Below, one piece after another: positions 38,406 to 50,873 of a DNA stretch of 64,000 bases. Under the pieces are notes generated by a model that saw only the letters and a list, made by a program, of their open reading frames with translations, did not search any database and was not told the DNA's origin. A program made the translations under genes and the position numbers. This DNA is from Octopus vulgaris (lineage: Eukaryota). Position 1 is the first letter of the stretch; each line of letters starts with the position of its first letter. Location of the stretch: contig OX597815.1 of assembly GCA_951406725.2 (NCBI GenBank), forward strand, positions 161,820,001 through 161,884,000, written 5' to 3'.

Positions 38406-38615
38406 ATATAATGTGACAATTATTTGGTAGCCATGATAAAACTCCAAGTTTCAGATGTCGGGGCAGAAACCCACACCGCCATCTCTTCAGTTATCTGGCC
38501 ATCGAAGGCATTTTTTCAATGGCCGGATAGCTGAAGAGATGGCAGCATGGGTTTCCGCCCCGACATCCAAAACTCGGAGTTTTATCATGGCTACCGAATA
38601 ATTGTCACATTATAT
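38406..38615. repeat. ~100-bp-arm fold-back containing an HHR motif on each strand
   Basis: 38406-38506 vs 38515-38615; minus strand 38495-38435 reads GATAA-CTGAAGA-GATG..CATC-T-GAAA-CTTGGAG-TT-TTATC. Confidence 0.8.
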
Positions 38616-38621
38616 ATGAGG

Positions 38622-38651
<30 letters not shown>

Positions 38652-38656
<5 letters not shown>

Positions 38657-39305
38657 GAAATGACTAGAGACCGAGTCCTCTGGAAGTGTACTGTGTGCGA
38701 GAAGACCCGGCAGGACAAGTGAGTCCATAACCCATGGCCTTCTACATGGGATGGAGCCAGCCTATGTACGCATACCTTCCCTTCTTGGGACACAAAACTC
38801 TACTTGTGAAGACCTGTTGAGGCAAGTGAGGATCAGAATCGAAATCGAACAATGGAAATTGCAGATGTGTTACCAGTGCCGGTGGCATGTCGAAACTCTA
38901 CTTGTGAAGACCCGTTGAGGCAAGTGAGGATCAGGATCATAATCGAAATTGATCAATGGAAATTGCAGATGTGTTACCAGTGCCGGTGGCATGTAAGAGA
39001 ACCTTCCGTTTCGCGACCGTTGCCAGCACCGCCCCGTTTTGTGTCCATTGCCAGCCTCGCCTGGCCCATAAAAAGCACCATCCGTTCGTGGCCGTTTGCC
39101 AGCTCTGTCTGGCACCTGTGCGGGTGGCACGTAAAAAGCACCCACTACACTCTCGGAGTGGTTGGCGTTAGGAAGGGCATCCAGCCGTAAAAACACTGCC
39201 AGATTTGACTGGGCCTGATGAAGCCTTCTAGCTTCACAGACCCCAGTAGAACCGTCCAACCCATGCTAGCATGGAAAACGGACGCTAAACGATGATGATG
39301 ATGAT
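38652..39305 (+). mobile_element. RTE LINE 3' end: ORF tail + family B 3'UTR with internal duplication
   Basis: EEMTRDRVLWKCTVCEKTRQDK* then UTR near-identical to 28248-28667; (GAT)n tail. Confidence 0.85.
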
Positions 39306-39316
39306 TATATTTAGAA

Positions 39317-39739
39317 AAATAGAAATATTAATATTTCTAAGAATCTCTAAAGGAGACTACAACAGTGGTACTGGATATTAACAGTTATCGCCAAGCTAAT
39401 ATGTCAGTCCAGAAATATAGAACGAATGCTGCCATTGATTAGCTCCAAGAGGTCATCGCCTCTAGCTATCTATGTGACACATGAACCTGTGTCCATTATA
39501 ACCTTTGAACAGGGGAAGTCAGCTGCTTCCCCTTGTTAGTCAGGCATCTGCAGACTAGTTTCAGGGTATTTGCCCCTTATCAATGCAGAGCAGCCGAACC
39601 CAGCAGGCATCGCTACTGACCGTCTGTTCAAAGGATTATTTACCTAAATTCAGTGGAATACATCACTGGTTTTCATAAATAGAAATATTAATATTTCTAA
39701 GTCTCTCTAAAGGAGACTACGGCAGCAGTACTGGATATT
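39317..39739 (-). mobile_element. Retrozyme-like unit, 360-bp period, 63-bp terminal direct repeat, degenerate HHR at 39547-39589
   Basis: 39317-39379 repeats at 39677-39739; minus strand TCTGCA-TTGATAA-GGGG(CAAATA)CCCT-GAAA-CTAG-TC-TGCAGA. Confidence 0.7.
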
Positions 39740-39762
39740 GATAGCTGATAATACTGGATATT

Positions 39763-39798
<36 letters not shown>

Positions 39799-39803
<5 letters not shown>

Positions 39804-42130
39804 GGAAATGAAGAAAATGCTGACAAAATAATTTAAGTAATTTAAGTAATTTAATTAGGTGAAAGTTCTTTTTACCGGTTGCGCATTTGTTATGCTTATC
39901 AAAAGTTTTTCCCTCTTATCTGACTTTATGTTGGGTTTGCTGTCTCTTATATGTGAAAAAAGAGGCTCTAGAGTTGTTTAAGATTTGCTTGGTTTCGCGC
40001 CTAAAATTTCTTGTGGACAATGGTCAATACAATTTTGATTGGTCATTATGAAGGGGTCACGTGAATGTTTGAATGGAAGTTGGTGTTGGGGTAAGAAAAA
40101 AGGCTCCAGGGAAGTTAAAATTTGGCTAGTGTCCCGCCTAAAATTTCTTATTGGCCATAATAAAGAGGTCACTTGAATGTGGTCATAATAGAGAGGTCAC
40201 GTGAATGTTTAGAATTTTCGAAAATAGCGTTGTTGAGAATTCTTATTGTTCAGGCTGGTCAGTAGACGTCATGTGGATATTTTAAATAGCTTTTTAGCGC
40301 GTAGTTAGGGAGTGTATTTTCCGCTTGACTGAATTTGAGCTGGATAAGTAAGTTCGTTTAGGGCAGAAAGAGCTATATGTATGTATGTGTGTGCGCGCGT
40401 GTGTGTGTGTGTGTGTGTGTTTATATGTATGTTGGGGCGCGCGCGCGTGTATATATGTGTGCGTGTGTGGGTACAATTTTCAATATTTATAGTTCTGCTG
40501 GCCTTGTGCCTGTATCGGGAAGCAACGTGTTTGTGTGAAGTCAATATTTACAGTCATTTCCAAAAAATAGTGTTGGATGTTTTGCATTCGTATCCAATTA
40601 TGTGTATGTGTGGAACCATATATTTGCGTGTGTCATGGTGTTAATATCTGGGTAAAAGTGTGTGTAGGGTGTGTGCAGGTGTAAGTGTGTTTGTTGTGGG
40701 TTCGTGTTAGGGGGATGTGTTTAGAAGTGGTCTGTATTTATTAATAAGGTGGGATTCCACGGTTATTCGTTGGGTATGAGTGGCATTGTCTTTAAATTTG
40801 TAGAGGGGAAAGATTCTAAAATTGGGATGAAGTTGTGCGGCACAGGTATCAATATGTGCACTAAGTGCTATTTTTCTGTATTCCTGTATTTTTATTTGGG
40901 ATCTGTGGACAGTCATGCGTTGGCGGAGGCTATTTTTAGTTTGGCCTATGTAGTGTTCATTACAGCCCGAGCAAGTTAAGACATATACTAGGTTTTCTGA
41001 TGCGCATGTGAAGTTGTGTTTTACTGTGAAACGTTGTCCTTGTTTAGAAAGGAATTCCGGACCTTCTATTAGGTTGATGCATATACCACAGTTGTGTCTA
41101 TTGCATTTGTTTACTGTGGGTTTAGTTGCTGTGGTTGGCAGTACTTTGGCATTTGTTAGGATGGTTTTCAATAATTTTGGTTGCCTTTTGCTCTTTATGA
41201 TTTCGTGTGTTAGGAGGATTTGGTTCATTCTATGGTCCTTTTTTAATACAGGAATGTTCTGGAGGATGGTGTCAAAAGCTTCATTGTTGAGGGGGTTGTA
41301 TGTAGAGATGTATGGTAGAGTATGGGGTTTCGATGTAACAGGTTTAGGGCGTCTAAGTTCCTGTGTGCTGAGTTTTAGGGTGCGTTGGATCCCATTGTCA
41401 ATTAGTGACGTGGGGTAATGCTTGTTAATGTGTCCTTGAGTTCTTGTAGACGTAAGAGACGGGTGTTTTTATTGGAGACTATAGTGCAAATTCTCTTGGC
41501 TAAGTTGTAGGGAATGTTAATTTTAACGTGTCTAGGGTGGCATTAATTGAAAGGGAGGTATTGCTTGGAGTCTGTGGGCTTGTAGTATATGTCTGTTTCT
41601 ATTTTTTTGTTGTGAATTTTAATGAGGATGTCGAGGAAGGGAATTTGTTGAGGGCTGTATTCCATTGTGAAAATAATGTTTGTGTTGAGCCCATTTATAA
41701 GGGTGTGAAATTCTTTAAGCTTCTCGACGGTTTCGGGCCAAAGGATGAAGCAGTCATCAAGATATCTCTTCCAGTTCTTCTCTATGTGTGTGTGGAGAGT
41801 GGTGCCAAATTGGTTAAGAACGTTATTATAGAGGGTGATTTCCAGGTATCCCATGACTAGGTTGGCGTAAGTGGGAGCTGTTTTCGTTCCCATTGCCATC
41901 CCTGATTTCTGTCTGTAGAATTTGTTGTTGAAGGTGAAGAAATTATTCTCTAAGATGAATTTGAGTCCTTCTAAAATAAATTCCTTTTTGATGCGGTGTG
42001 GGAGTTCGTTGGAGTAAAGATTAACTACATCGAATGTTACTAGCAGGGTTTGTTCAGCAAGAAGTGTATTGGGGAGGTGGTTGAGCATATCTAGATCGTC
42101 CCTTATGTAGCTTTTAATGTGTTTAAGGAA
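39799..42130 (-). mobile_element. 5'-truncated Penelope-like element (Neptune-like), (TA)n on both sides
   Basis: RT, Cys-rich linker, GIY-YIG, ~900-bp 3' region with HHR variant at 39868-39905. Confidence 0.9.
40707..42130 (-). pseudogene. Frameshifted PLE RT + CxxxxCxxC linker + GIY-YIG
   Basis: LVTFDVVNLYSN, GMAMGTKTAPTYANL, RYLDDCF, IPFLDI, YYKPTD, CNRHNCGIC, LVYVLTCSGCNEHYIGQT..LRQRMTVH. Confidence 0.93.
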
Positions 42131-42133
42131 CAC

Positions 42134-42210
<77 letters not shown>

Positions 42211-42213
<3 letters not shown>

Positions 42214-42760
42214 TTATATATATAAAACTGAGAATGTGTGTCTGTCTGTCTGTGTGTTTCCCTAAAACTTGAGAACTGCACAACCAATTTCATTCAAATT
42301 TTACACATGCCTTACTTAGATTCCATGTAGTTTCATGGGCAAAAAAAATGTTCAACTTCTTGCCTAGAGCGAGCCCATAGCAATATCATATCTTCTCCAC
42401 TATTTCAGTATTACGTGTTAAAAGTGAAACAAAAACATTTCTCTATTTTATGTCAGATGTTTTCACTTTAACAATAAAAATAATAATAATAAGTAATAAT
42501 TAAAATCAAAGTATAATATAATCGTAACATAAAAAAATTAAAAATAGCAATTGGTATAAAATTGCATCAATGATTTGAACTTGAATAAGTGGTTTCACAT
42601 GAATGGGAATAAATTAAAAATAAAATTAGCATGCAGAAATGGAATAGTCCAGATGGACTATTATACATAAAGGACTATAGCTTCAACTGCGTACTGTTTT
42701 TTGATTCACTGTAAGGTTTGTTATTATTATTGCTGTTTAACTATTGTTATCACGTTTGTT
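42211..42760 (+). mobile_element. Non-autonomous Helitron-like element, 5' part (3' extent uncertain)
   Basis: TCTTTATATATATAAAACTG..GTGTGTCTGTCTGTC start like the Helitron ends at 57519/58029; CCCGGCAATG..CTAGT remnant at 43575-43610. Confidence 0.55.
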
Positions 42761-44239
42761 GGTTCCTCGTAAGGGAAATGTTGTTGTGTTGCATTTATTA
42801 AATAATTGTAAACCGTAACCCTCCCCCTTTGGGAGAAGGAGCTTTGGGTATTGTTTAAAAATTGAATTGTGTCCCTGTTTGGGGAAATTGGCAATATTTT
42901 CACCATTTACACGGAAGCATTTTTGTTAGAATACCTTCGATAGAAGAAAGTCTAAAAATGAATTTCGCTACAGCCGTCGGCAGGCGCGAACTCATTGAAA
43001 TTAAAATGGAAGAAATACGGATTGATCACCGACAAAGACGGTGAATCCAGGATAACACCACCAAACGAAATAAAAAATTAAATTAAAGTATACAATGTAG
43101 AGAAAAAAAACAAGATTTGAACACCTGGAGGAAAGCACCATCAAAAAGTGTCTTGGTGCGACTATGAAAGATATCTAAGCAGAGGCGGTAAATTTTCTAC
43201 AATAGAAGCAAGGTTCGAGTCAATGGAGCGTGCAAGGGAGTACTCGACTCGAACTTGCAAAGTGGAAATATTTTATTTTTACCTTTATATCTGGGACGTA
43301 GGACGTCCCAGCAGAAAAAAAAAAAATTGCCCCTCCGCCCCTGAAGTAGAGGTAGGCCCTATAGTAGCCACACCTCTATACAAGAGAGAGGACAAGATAC
43401 AATTGATCAAAATTACAAGAGATGGGCTAACAATTCCAGTCTGTTATATATTTTGAGTATTGTTATCACTAGCAATATCAAGATATAACTTTGTATTTTG
43501 TATTTTATGTGTAGATGTATATATATAGATGTACATGTAATATGTACACATATATATACACATATATACAAGCACTAGCACTATGACCCGGCAATGACGG
43601 CAATGCTAGTATATATATATACATATATATGTATATATATATATATGTGTGTATATATATATATATAAGTGAGTATATATATATATTGATATATATATAT
43701 GTATATTGATATATATATATATTTATAGGCATGGCTGTGAAGTAAGTAGGTTACTTCCTGATCACATGGCTCTAGACTCATTCCTACTTTGTGGCACCTT
43801 GAGCAAGTAACATTTGTTATGGCCTCAGACAATCTAAAGCCTTTTGAGTGGATTTGGCAGACAGAAACTGAAAAATGCTTGATGTGTGTGTGTGTGTCTC
43901 TTTGTGCCTACATCTCCTTAGCTTAGTGGGTCAGCAAAAGAGATCAATAGAATAGGTACCAAGCTTAACCATTAAGCATTCAGATTATTCTGTCAGATGT
44001 AATATTTATTCTCATTGTTTTTGATTAATCCTGTATCATTTTGCAGCTTCAAAATTTCAGTGATGTGAATGTATATTCTTAGAATGACATTGTAGAGTAG
44101 TGTGTGTGTGAGTGATCAGAACTGACTTGTTCCTGAATAAAACAAATAGAATATTTAAGCCAGATATGACCAGTTTAAATCCTAAAGGGTCAAAAAAACA
44201 GAAAAACAATTAGTTCTGGAGTTGATTAATTTTTCTTTT

Positions 44240-44419
44240 ATTATTTTACTTGTTTCAGTCATTTGACCGTGGCCATGCTAGAATACCACCTTTAGTTGAA
44301 CAAATTGATCCCAGGACTTATTCTATCAGTCTCTTTTACAAAACCGCTATGTTACAGGGATGTAGACACACCAATATCAGTTGTCAAACAATGGTGGGAG
44401 AACAAACACATACACACAA

Positions 44420-44454
<35 letters not shown>

Positions 44455-44602
44455 GACACACATATGTGATGGGCTTCTTTCAGTTTCCATCAACCAAATC
44501 CACTCACAAGGCTTTAGTCAGCCTGAGGCAATAGTCAAAGTCACTTGCCCAGGGTGTCACACAGTGGGACCATGTGGTTGGGAAGCAAGCTTCTTACCAC
44601 AC
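44240..44602 (-). mobile_element. SINE family A, diverged
   Basis: Family consensus. Confidence 0.8.
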
Positions 44603-45046
44603 AAAATTCTTCAATGTAGTGCCCCAGCATGGCCACAGTCTGATTATTGATATTTATACAATACAATAAGACTGCCAGCAGACAGAATTGTTAACATACC
44701 AAGCAAAATGCCTAGCAGCATTTCATTTGACTTTACCTTCTGAGTTCAAATTCTGCCGAGGTCGATTTTGCTCTTTATCCTTTTGGGATCGATAAAATAA
44801 GTGGCAGTTGAACACTGGGGTTGATATAATTCACTTATTATCCCCTCCCTTGAAATTGTTGGCCCGAGGCTATAGTAGAAGGCACTTGCCCTAGGTGCCA
44901 CGCAGTGGGACTGAACCCGGATCCATGAAGTTCGTAAGCAAGCTATTTACCACACAGCCACTCCTACGCCTATACAATTTCACAGATGTTGACTTTGCCT
45001 TTCACCCTTTCAGGGTCAATAACGCAAGTACCAGTTGAACACAAAA

Positions 45047-45633
45047 GTTTAGTCAGGAACTCTTCGCAAAATTGAAGACAGTGTTCATCTCCATCAAGAA
45101 GGGCATGCAGTAAGCACAGAATGTAAGGTTTCCATTTTTTTCTTGAAGGATACACATAACACTTAACTGTCTCACTCCCCTCTCTGCAGAGAAATGGCAA
45201 GTTAACTTTTACAGTGTTCCTTGTAGTCTCCTCATGGTTCCTTCAGCCTTGGTTTCATTCATAGCCAATTTTGGATGACCGGCTTTATTTTTTTTACACT
45301 GGCTACCAACCCTGTTGTTTCGAATTTCTTGACAATTGAATGTATGTTTCTTCCTTGGGGTGGAGTGATATCAAATTCCTCACATAAATGGCATGTTGCC
45401 AATAATTGGTTTCCATTGCATTTATAGTAACGATTCATGGTTGCTATGCATTGCTTTATCGAAAGCAAATCCATGGATCAACTTGATGTAAATTTAATAA
45501 GTTTCAAAACTGTCAATAGTAACCTGTAAAACAACAAAGTAGGGTGTGATGAACGATTTCATCATCTTGCATACCTGGATTTCCAGGGCAGTCAAGTGTG
45601 TCCGTCCTCCTTTCCCGCAACTGATTAATCAAT
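45047..45633 (-). mobile_element. 5' fragment of a Tc1/mariner-superfamily transposon (DUF4817-like HTH N-terminus)
   Basis: MDLLSIKQCIA..PPQGRNIHSIVKKFETTGLV..KWKPYILCLLHALLDGDEHCLQFCEEF. Confidence 0.72.
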
Positions 45634-46362
45634 AGTGCTGGACTGGCAACTGCCCTCATTTCCCTGTTATACAAGCTATCTTCCTGTTTACATATACTTA
45701 ACTTTGTTATACTTTATTGCACTTCATTTCAGCCTTCTAGTTTGCTGTTGTGCTCATTAAAGTTTTCCAGCCTAGAATACAAGTACAATTCTTCTCATTG
45801 CAAGAGTTCAGATTGAGATGTCAATGAGTATTACCAATATATTTTCTTCACATTTGTCTTATTTCTGTAGGGCAAAATGCTGAGTGCTATTTCCTCTGTT
45901 CTTGCATTCTGAGTTCAAATTCTGCTGAAGTCCAAGTTTATCTTTCAGCCTTTAGGGGTTAATAAAAAAAAGTACCAGTTAAGCACTGGTGGTCAATGTA
46001 ATCAACTTAACTACTCCTGAGTATGAGTATAAAAACTGCACCCCTTCTGCCAAGCCAATATAGGAGAGTAGGCTCATCAAACCTGTATGATCTCAAGCTC
46101 ATATTCATGCCCTCCACATCAGATTCAGATTCAATAACTTTCAAAACTGTCAGTAATAACCAACAAAACAACAAAGAAAAGCATGACTTCCTAGAAACTG
46201 GGTATTACTTTTGACTCAGCCTGTTTTATATATTACATAGGCACAGGTATGTTTCAGTGGTTAAGAAGTTCGTTTCTCAACTATGTGATTTTCAGGTTCA
46301 ATCTCATTGCACAGCACCTTGATCAAGTGTGTGCTGTAGAGCCCCAAGGTGACCAATGACTT

Positions 46363-46557
46363 TGATTTTGGACCTGGAGATCTCCATTTCCAGCGACTTC
46401 AAGGGCCACCGCCCAGTGGTGTCAGGCATCAACAAAGAGCCCTCGACTACAAGACAACCAAAGTTTTTTTTTCCCAAGGATTGGGGTCTCCCGCCCTTAA
46501 GCCCTTGACCATCACCTAATCACCCTTACCCGTCTTGTTGCTTAACAACAACAACAA
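46363..46557 (+). mobile_element. 195-bp LINE 3' end with (CAA)n tail and 9-bp TSD, inside an old SINE A
   Basis: TSD CAATGACTT at 46354-46362 and 46558-46566; GC-richer than the flanks; clade not determined. Confidence 0.7.
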
Positions 46558-48708
46558 CAATGACTTATGAGTGGTGTTAGTAGAGAGGAATTACATATAC
46601 TCTGTCATACATATATGTATGTTTGAATGTGCATGCATATGTGTCTATGTGAATGTTTACATTCTTCAATAAACCAAAAACAATGAAGTTAGTTGATGCT
46701 TCTCTGTAAAAAAATTGTTTGCTGGTTCTGTGCTTTCGACAACAAACAGCAAAGAAAATCTCTTATTTGTTAAACGGACAAGGGCCAATGACACAAAGGG
46801 CATCCACTTGCACAACAATACCTTATTAATATGTATTCACCTAACACATGCTGGCATGGAAAAACAAATGTAAAATGAACATTCAAAAGCAATCTGTTTA
46901 TTTAGGATAGTATATCTATTTTGATTCTTTTATTTTTGAAAGAGATTTGATCATTCATCGAAATTTTTCCTTCTTTGTCTTTTATTATCAGAATCTGTCT
47001 TCTTTAGTAATGTTTGCAAGCAAGTTTTAAGTATGTTCCACATTTGTTCTTCCATTTACTGTTTATATGGTTCTTCTTTTCCTCCTTCATTGTGTAAATA
47101 TTCATATTTGTTTCATATTTGTTTATATTCTTTCTGATTCAGTCAGTTTAAATGTCCCCATTTTTTTTTTTTTTTATTTAGTTATTTTCATGTTCATTAA
47201 TTTGATCTTCAATTGAATAATCACTGAATTTAATGTCTGGAAGGTTCTAATTATCAGTTTTTGGCCCCTCTGCAAACTCAAATAACACTCACATTGATTC
47301 CCTCAACAACAAGCAGCAATTACTAGCTCACAGAGACATAGCTTCCTCTCTTTGCTTCTTTCTTTCTATTATTGCCATTAAAATGGTCTCTGCTCCTCTG
47401 AAACTAGCTAATTGCATGTCTTCCATACCCAGGGCAACCAGATCCTAGCTATCTCCTTTCCTCCATGCACAGATCAACTCACCTTTCCTTCACCTCAAGA
47501 ACTGCAACTTTCTATAATTCCCCCCTCACATGCCTTGTTGGCCTGCAAAAGTTATGGATACTGCTCCTCCTCTTTTAAGTATCATATAAAAAGGAACCAA
47601 AACGACTTACCAATCATTTATCATTATTCCTACTGCATCTTGTAAATATTACATATAAATTAGTCACAATTTACGCACTAGGTAAATCATTAAAATCATA
47701 GATATCCCCCCCACCCAGTCTAAGGAACACAAACACTTTCCTACACACATATACATGATGGACTTTCAGCTTTTGCCTATCAAATTCAGTCACAAAGCTT
47801 TGGTCAGTTAAAGGGGCTGGGCAGTGGGATTGAACCCAAAACCACATGACTAGGAAGCAAACTTCTAAACCACTTAGCTATGCCTTAGATTTCAATTTAT
47901 TTCATGTGTCCAGTACTTTATACCCAACTCAATAGAAATTAATTGCTTTGAGTCAGTGATTTCTTTGATCAAAAACTTTTCTTTTAGATCTTTGTATGGC
48001 CATTATTAGCATCGGTGCAGGCCTTCCACATGTTACTGTGTGCAATCATTTGTTCTTCAAAGTGCAATTATGGTAGGACATTTTCCTTAATTAAGAAAAT
48101 GGTCATAAAATACTACATGCATGATGCCAACCTGCCAAAAAAACCAATCCATCCATTTATCTATTCATCCACTACTATATTCATTAATAAGACATTGTGT
48201 GGCCCAAGGCTATGATAGAAAACATTTGCTCAAGGTGCCACGCAGTGGGACTGAACCCAGAGCCATGTGATTGGGAAGTAAGCTTCTTACCTCACATCCA
48301 CACCATATCTGTTGTATATTATACTAAGGACAAGTCAAGAAAATCTTGCAACTGGTACTGTGTAAGCCAGTATCACCTGTTTTGTGGTTGAGTGGTTGGT
48401 GACTAAGTCAGGTCCCTCACCTGGTTTGACAGATGAAGAGGGTGTTGTGGACACTCTGCAGGACTAAAAATAAAGGTCGGATGAGCTTTTTGTCAGCCAA
48501 TAGCCATACATATGAGTGGTGACTCATTAAAACATTCAGCGCGTGGGCTGGTAAATTGTGCAGCTGGTCCAAGACCATAGCCTTGAAAACCCCAATGAAA
48601 TACATACTGCGCTCTTGAGTTGGAATTGACATCCAGGAATGATCTCATGTGGAGCAAGAAGCTATATTATAAATAGATTATATATGTGTGTGTGTTTGTG
48701 TGTTTATA

Positions 48709-49110
48709 GGTGTAGGAGTGGCTGTGTGGTAAGTAGCTTGCTTACGAACCACATGATTCCAGGTTCAGTCTCCTTGTGTGGCACCTTGGGCAAGTGTCTT
48801 CTGCTATAGCCTTGGGCCGACCAAAGCCTTGTGAGTGGATTTGGTAGACGGAAACTGAAAGAAGATCGTCATATTTGTTTACATATATGTATATGTATGT
48901 GTATATGTTTGTGTGTCTGTGTTTGTCCCCTCAACATTGCTTGACAACCGATGCTGGTGTGTTTAAGTCCCCGTAACTTAGTGGTTTGACAAAAGAGACC
49001 GATAGAATAAGTACTAGGCTTACAAAGAATAAGTCCTGGGGTCGATTTGCTTGACTAAAGGCAGTGCTCCAACATGGCCATAGTCAAATGACTGAAACAA
49101 GCAAAAGAGT
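48709..49110 (+). mobile_element. SINE family A, full length
   Basis: Family consensus. Confidence 0.9.
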
Positions 49111-49390
49111 ATATATACACATATACATACATGCATTGATATCAATTGCTGGAGTTTGTAATTCTTGCTATTGAGGAGAAACAACAGAGGGACTGCAAGA
49201 GAGCACATGAGAAGTGTCACCACTCCATTATGTCAAGTAGCTGCACCTGCAGTATGTGTCATTGCTACTGCAGATCAAGAGCAGACCTTGTAGTGCATAT
49301 GTGAGCCTGTCAGAGATGATTTCTGAACAAGAACAGTCAATGTCAACCTATGACGGGAAGCCAAAGAAGATATACACACATACATATATG

Positions 49391-49429
<39 letters not shown>

Positions 49430-49432
<3 letters not shown>

Positions 49433-50133
49433 TCTTTACTCTTTTACTTGTTTCAGTCATTTGACTGTGGCCATGCTGGAGCACCGCCTTTAGTCGAGCA
49501 AATCAACCCCGGGACTTATTCTTTGTAAGCCCAGTACTTATTCTATCGGTTTCTTTTGCCAAACAGCTAAGTGACAGGGACATAAACACACCAGTATCAG
49601 TTGTCAAGCAATGCTAGGGGGACAAACACAGACACACAAACACACACATACATATATTTATATATATACAGCACGAAACAAACACCATCCGATCGTGGCC
49701 GTTTGCCAGCCTCATCTGGCACCTGTGTCGGTGGCACATAAAAACACCATCCGAGCGTGGCCGTTTGCCAGCCTCGTCTGGCACCTGTGTCGGTGGCACA
49801 TAAAATCACCCAATACACTCTCAGAGTGGTTGGCGTTAGGAAGGGCATCCAGCTGTAGAAACACTGCCAGATCTGACTGGACTGGTGCAGCTTTCGGGCT
49901 CCCCAGACCCCAGTTGAACCGTCCAACCCATGCTAGCATGGAAAGCGGACGTTAAATGATGATGATGATGATGATGATATCTTTCAGATTCTGTCTACCA
50001 AATCCACTCACAAGGCATTGATCGACCCGGGGCTATAGCAGAAGACACTTGCCCAAGATGCCACACAGTGGGACTGAACCTGGAACCATGTGGTTTGTTA
50101 GCAAGCTACTTACCACACAGCCACTCCTGCGCC
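49430..50133 (-). mobile_element. SINE family A with a family B insertion (49671-49978, +)
   Basis: SINE halves flank an RTE 3'UTR copy. Confidence 0.88.
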
Positions 50134-50154
50134 TTATATATATATATAAAGGTT

Positions 50155-50828
50155 TGTGAAGGTGCATGGTTCAGTGGTTAGATCTTCGAGCTTATAATCA
50201 TGAGGTTGTGAGCTCGAATCCCGGACCAGGCTGCGTGCTGTGTTCTTGAGCAAGACACTTTATTTCCCGTTGCTCCAGTTCACTCAGCTGTAGAAATGAG
50301 TTGCGACGTCACAGGTGCCAAGCTGTATTGGCCGTTGCCTTTCCCTTGGATAACACTGGTGGCGTGGAGAGAGGAGGCCAGTATGCATAAACAACCTTGC
50401 CCGGACTTGTGGCCTCGGAGGGTGCAATCCCATAGGTGCAATCCCATAGGTGCAATCCCATAGTCAGTGTCATGACCGAAGGTGATCTCAGATATAAAGG
50501 GTAAAGAGCAAATGAATGACCATGGAATGGCATCTACAAAGTTCCCCTCCGAGGCATAATTCTGAGCAAGGTTTTTATGGAAGACCAACAGTTCCCCATG
50601 CATACCAGCCTCCTCTCTCCATGCCACTTATGTTACCCAAGGGAAAGGCAACGGCTGATACAGCTTGGCACCAGTGATGTCACAATTAATTTCTACAGCT
50701 GTGGGAACTAGAGTAACATCAAATAAAGTGTCTTGCTCAAGAACACAACACAGCCTGATCCAGGATTTGAACTCACTATCTCATGATTGTGTGCCCGATG
50801 CTCTAACCACAGAGCCATGCACCTTCAT
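50155..50828. mobile_element. Tail-to-tail inverted pair of SINE family C
   Basis: 50155-50490 (+) and 50515-50828 (-). Confidence 0.82.
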
Positions 50829-50841
50829 GCATACACACGTG

Positions 50842-50873
<32 letters not shown>

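Noticed and set aside
41543-42283. 246-aa ORF taken as a full PLE N-terminus
   Set aside because: The first ~50 aa come from a Helitron end and (TA)n; the PLE is truncated at ~42130. The endonuclease is C-terminal, so this is not a Naiad/Chlamys permuted element.
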